DNA of 60,699 nt, filler included, from Candidatus Woesearchaeota archaeon (lineage in GTDB: Archaea; Nanobdellota; Nanobdellia; Woesearchaeales; ARS49), in the NCBI GenBank assembly GCA_016188265.1. It is 4 parts of 4 records of this genome, joined end to end, with 100 filler letters (N's around TTAATTAATTAA, not from the genome) between each part and the next. Parts side by side here need not be neighbours in the genome. Positions count along the whole stretch, not along the records: positions 55,672 to 60,699 come from JACPID010000013.1; 3 more parts are not named here. One strand, written 5' to 3'. Numbering within the stretch: the first letter of the stretch is position 1; each line of letters opens with the position of its first letter. Made by a program: the position numbers and the translations under genes. The notes beneath the pieces were generated by a model. It searched no databases. It was not told the DNA's origin and saw only the letters and a program-made list of their open reading frames with translations. Below, one piece after another: positions 58,304 through 60,699 of this stretch.

Positions 58304-58310
58304 AAACCTT

Positions 58311-58757
58311 CTAGAAAGCTAATCTATAATAATCCATATAGGTTTCTACTTGTTTTCTAAGATGCTTTTTTTTTTCTAATTTATCACCTTGCCAACTCAT
58401 TATTTCAATAATTTTTTCAAAATAACCCCTCATGTCCTTATAAGTGCTGACAAATTTTTCATCAAGTTTAACAAAAAGATCATTATCACTAATTACAGTA
58501 TCAGCAATGTTCTTGATGGCATCAAATTGGTTTGGATCAGGCGGCGCACTTTTTAAACAAGCCTCAATATCTTTCATTTTATCATGAACTTTTGCTAAAT
58601 AAACTTTTGAATAACACTGAGTTGTTTTTATTAGTCTTCTTGTTTCAATGCGTTCTTTATAAGAATCAACATAAAATCTTTTTGTATCATTATGCAATTT
58701 TTTTTGCAGTTCTTTTTTATCTTCATCATTATTTGGTTTATTACTATGTAGTGCCAT
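58311..58757 (-). CDS. hypothetical protein
   Basis: 148-aa ORF with TTTATAAA upstream. Confidence 0.65.
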   Translation of the reverse strand: MALHSNKPNNDEDKKELQKKLHNDTKRFYVDSYKERIETRRLIKTTQCYSKVYLAKVHDKMKDIEACLKSAPPDPNQFDAIKNIADTVISDNDLFVKLDEKFVSTYKDMRGYFEKIIEIMSWQGDKLEKKKHLRKQVETYMDYYRLAF

Positions 58758-58808
58758 GTTATTATTGTTTACTAATAGGTTTATAAATATTTAGTATTAC
58801 TAAATAGT

Positions 58809-58979
58809 TTAATTGTTCTTTTTCATGCTTAAATATTGTTCTTTTGTAAGTATTTTGTTTTTGAGCATTGAGTTTATTAGTTTTGCTTGTTGTGAACTCC
58901 AATTTTTATTATTTCTTACATAATTAGCCCAGTATTCAACAAATTCCATTCTTTGTTTTTTATTTATTTGTTCTTCCAT
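58809..58979 (-). CDS. small hypothetical protein (56 aa; not in ORF track)
   Basis: MEEQINKKQRMEFVEYWANYVRNNKNWSSQQAKLINSML... Confidence 0.6.
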   Translation of the reverse strand: MEEQINKKQRMEFVEYWANYVRNNKNWSSQQAKLINSMLKNKILTKEQYLSMKKNN

Positions 58980-59075
58980 AATTTTTGTATTAAGCTCTCA
59001 TAATATTTAATTTTTTCCTCTTTAAGATACTTTTATATACTTAATTTTGTAAGTATAATTTTAAAAGAGGCAAAA

Positions 59076-60699
59076 ATGAAGTATTGGTATATTTTAATTG
59101 TAGTATTTGTTGCACTTGTTGGACTGTTTTTTATGAAAACTGCTCTGTCTCCAACAGGTTTATATTACCATTATGATGAAGATTATGTTGATCCTGTTTG
59201 TGGTCCAGGGGCAACTATTTCTTGGGAAGCAGATCCTTGCAAAAATGTTGAAGATGGTGTTTGGATGCGCTGGGGAACTCCTTACACTCCTGGAATGCCT
59301 TCTAATTTTTATTATACTGATTATAAATTAGAAAATGAATGTGTTTCAGATCAAGAAGTTATTACATATTCTTGTGTAACTGGAGGTGTGCAACATCCTT
59401 GGATGAACAGGCCGTATGATGCTGTTTGTACAAAAAGAGAGGTTTGCCCTCAAGGATATTCTTGTTATAATCTTCCTCCGCCAGATAATCCTTTGTTAAC
59501 AAATTATAGAGGTATATGTGATCCTGATCCTGTATGCGGTGACGGTAAAACTGAATTTCTAAAAGGAGAAGTTTGCGAGTATGACACTGATTGCGCTATG
59601 GATTATACTTGTCGGCAATGCCAATGTGTTCAAGGTGAACCAGTTCGTGTTGATGCAATAAAATATGATCCTCCACTAGATCAATTAAAATCAGGCGACA
59701 AAGTACATATCATAATCAGATTGATAGGAGATGCCTCTGGACAAAAAATTAGTGTGAATTTAAATGGAGCAGAAGTTGTATTTACAGCTCAGCAAGGAAG
59801 TACTTGTCTTGTTGCAAATGCTCAAGAATCTATTTGCTCAATCGATGCCCCAGGAACTGTTAAGTATGGACGCAATGAACTAAATGTTAATATTGTTAGT
59901 TCTGGATTATTAACTATGCCATTTTATTTTGATGTTATGCTATCAGGAGCACCACCAATTCCTGAAGATATAACTCAAATACTACCTCCTTACGAACCTC
60001 CGCTTGATGATTTTGTAGTTCTTCCGCCATATGAACCTCCGCCAGAACCTGAACCAGAGACTTCAACACAAGTGCTGCCTTTTATTTGTCCTGATGTAAC
60101 AAACATAAGAGTTACACCAGACCCATCAAAACTCTCCCCTGGAGATAAAATTCATATTATTATAACTTTTGATTCTGATGCTTCAGGATATGATACAACA
60201 TTTACACTTAATGGCCAAAGTAAAACAATTAAGAACATTGTTGGAGATACTGGTTATGATATTAAACATTTTTCAACAGATGCTCCTGGAACAGTAATTA
60301 AGGGAAAAAATACTGTTGTCATAACTATTTGTGATCAATCATTTACTTACATATTTGATGTTGCAGAAAAACCAACACCTCTGCCTATTCCTGCAACTCC
60401 ATATCGTTTTACTCCTGTTCCTGTTGTTGGATTTAAACCAATTCAAGTTGTAGTTTCAAGCAGAGAAGATGTGCTTGAAGAAGGGGTAATACCGCCAATA
60501 AAAGCTCAGCTAGTTGAGCCTCAGCTTACTTCAAGAGAACACGCAATTATTAGCTCTTTGCTGGCTCAAGAAGAAAGAGCAAGCCTTAATACATTGCTTC
60601 CTGGTGAAATCAAAATTATAAAAAAAATACTTCAAGAAGCGCGTTATGAACTAACGCCTAACGAAGTTGGAATGGTGCGAGCAACAGTTTTAAGATCTG
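59076..60699 (+). CDS. large secreted/surface Cys- and Pro-rich protein, runs off window (not in ORF track)
   Basis: Signal MKYWYILIVVFVALVG..SPTG; CGDG motif; two internal repeats GDK(V/I)HIII..DASG..LNG..DAPGTV..FDV. Confidence 0.8.
   Translation, partial: MKYWYILIVVFVALVGLFFMKTALSPTGLYYHYDEDYVDPVCGPGATISWEADPCKNVEDGVWMRWGTPYTPGMPSNFYYTDYKLENECVSDQEVITYSCVTGGVQHPWMNRPYDAVCTKREVCPQGYSCYNLPPPDNPLLTNYRGICDPDPVCGDGKTEFLKGEVCEYDTDCAMDYTCRQCQCVQGEPVRVDAIKYDPPLDQLKSGDKVHIIIRLIGDASGQKISVNLNGAEVVFTAQQGSTCLVANAQESICSIDAPGTVKYGRNELNVNIVSSGLLTMPFYFDVMLSGAPPIPEDITQILPPYEPPLDDFVVLPPYEPPPEPEPETSTQVLPFICPDVTNIRVTPDPSKLSPGDKIHIIITFDSDASGYDTTFTLNGQSKTIKNIVGDTGYDIKHFSTDAPGTVIKGKNTVVITICDQSFTYIFDVAEKPTPLPIPATPYRFTPVPVVGFKPIQVVVSSREDVLEEGVIPPIKAQLVEPQLTSREHAIISSLLAQEERASLNTLLPGEIKIIKKILQEARYELTPNEVGMVRATVLRS

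Overview
AT-rich archaeal sequence, most consistent with a DPANN archaeon (Woesearchaeota-like; inferred from thermosome, rpl44e-rps27e-aIF2alpha-nop10-PAC2, LonB, Kae1, CarS, Rpp21, S-layer, bacterial-type GyrB and intron-containing tRNA). The window is four contigs joined by artificial N/TTAATTAATTAA/N spacers (13332-13431, 24537-24636, 55572-55671), so gene order across those points is meaningless. It holds mostly housekeeping genes, three tRNAs (Arg-TCT, Thr-GGT, intron-containing Asn-GTT) and two homing-endonuclease inteins (Lon, GyrB). Accessory loci are a convergent PIN/RHH pair, a DUF3800 gene, a tRNA-adjacent tyrosine recombinase locus with a GC-rich CcdA/glutaredoxin insert, Bro-N plus a PD-(D/E)XK nuclease, and a nucleotidyltransferase pair. 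Three families of dispersed intergenic repeats are present. No CRISPR array, rRNA, transposase or reverse transcriptase was seen. The best candidate for an undescribed system is the DUF3800 gene paired with a convergent ~65-nt structured RNA that has its own promoter and terminator. Other leads are modular nested palindromic elements, a ParB-HTH-like plus catalytic-domain-only recombinase pair, a heptamer-flanked four-helix-bundle remnant, an NrtR operator on nadA, an ATPase-less Hel308, and LspA. All family calls are by motif recognition only; no searches were run.
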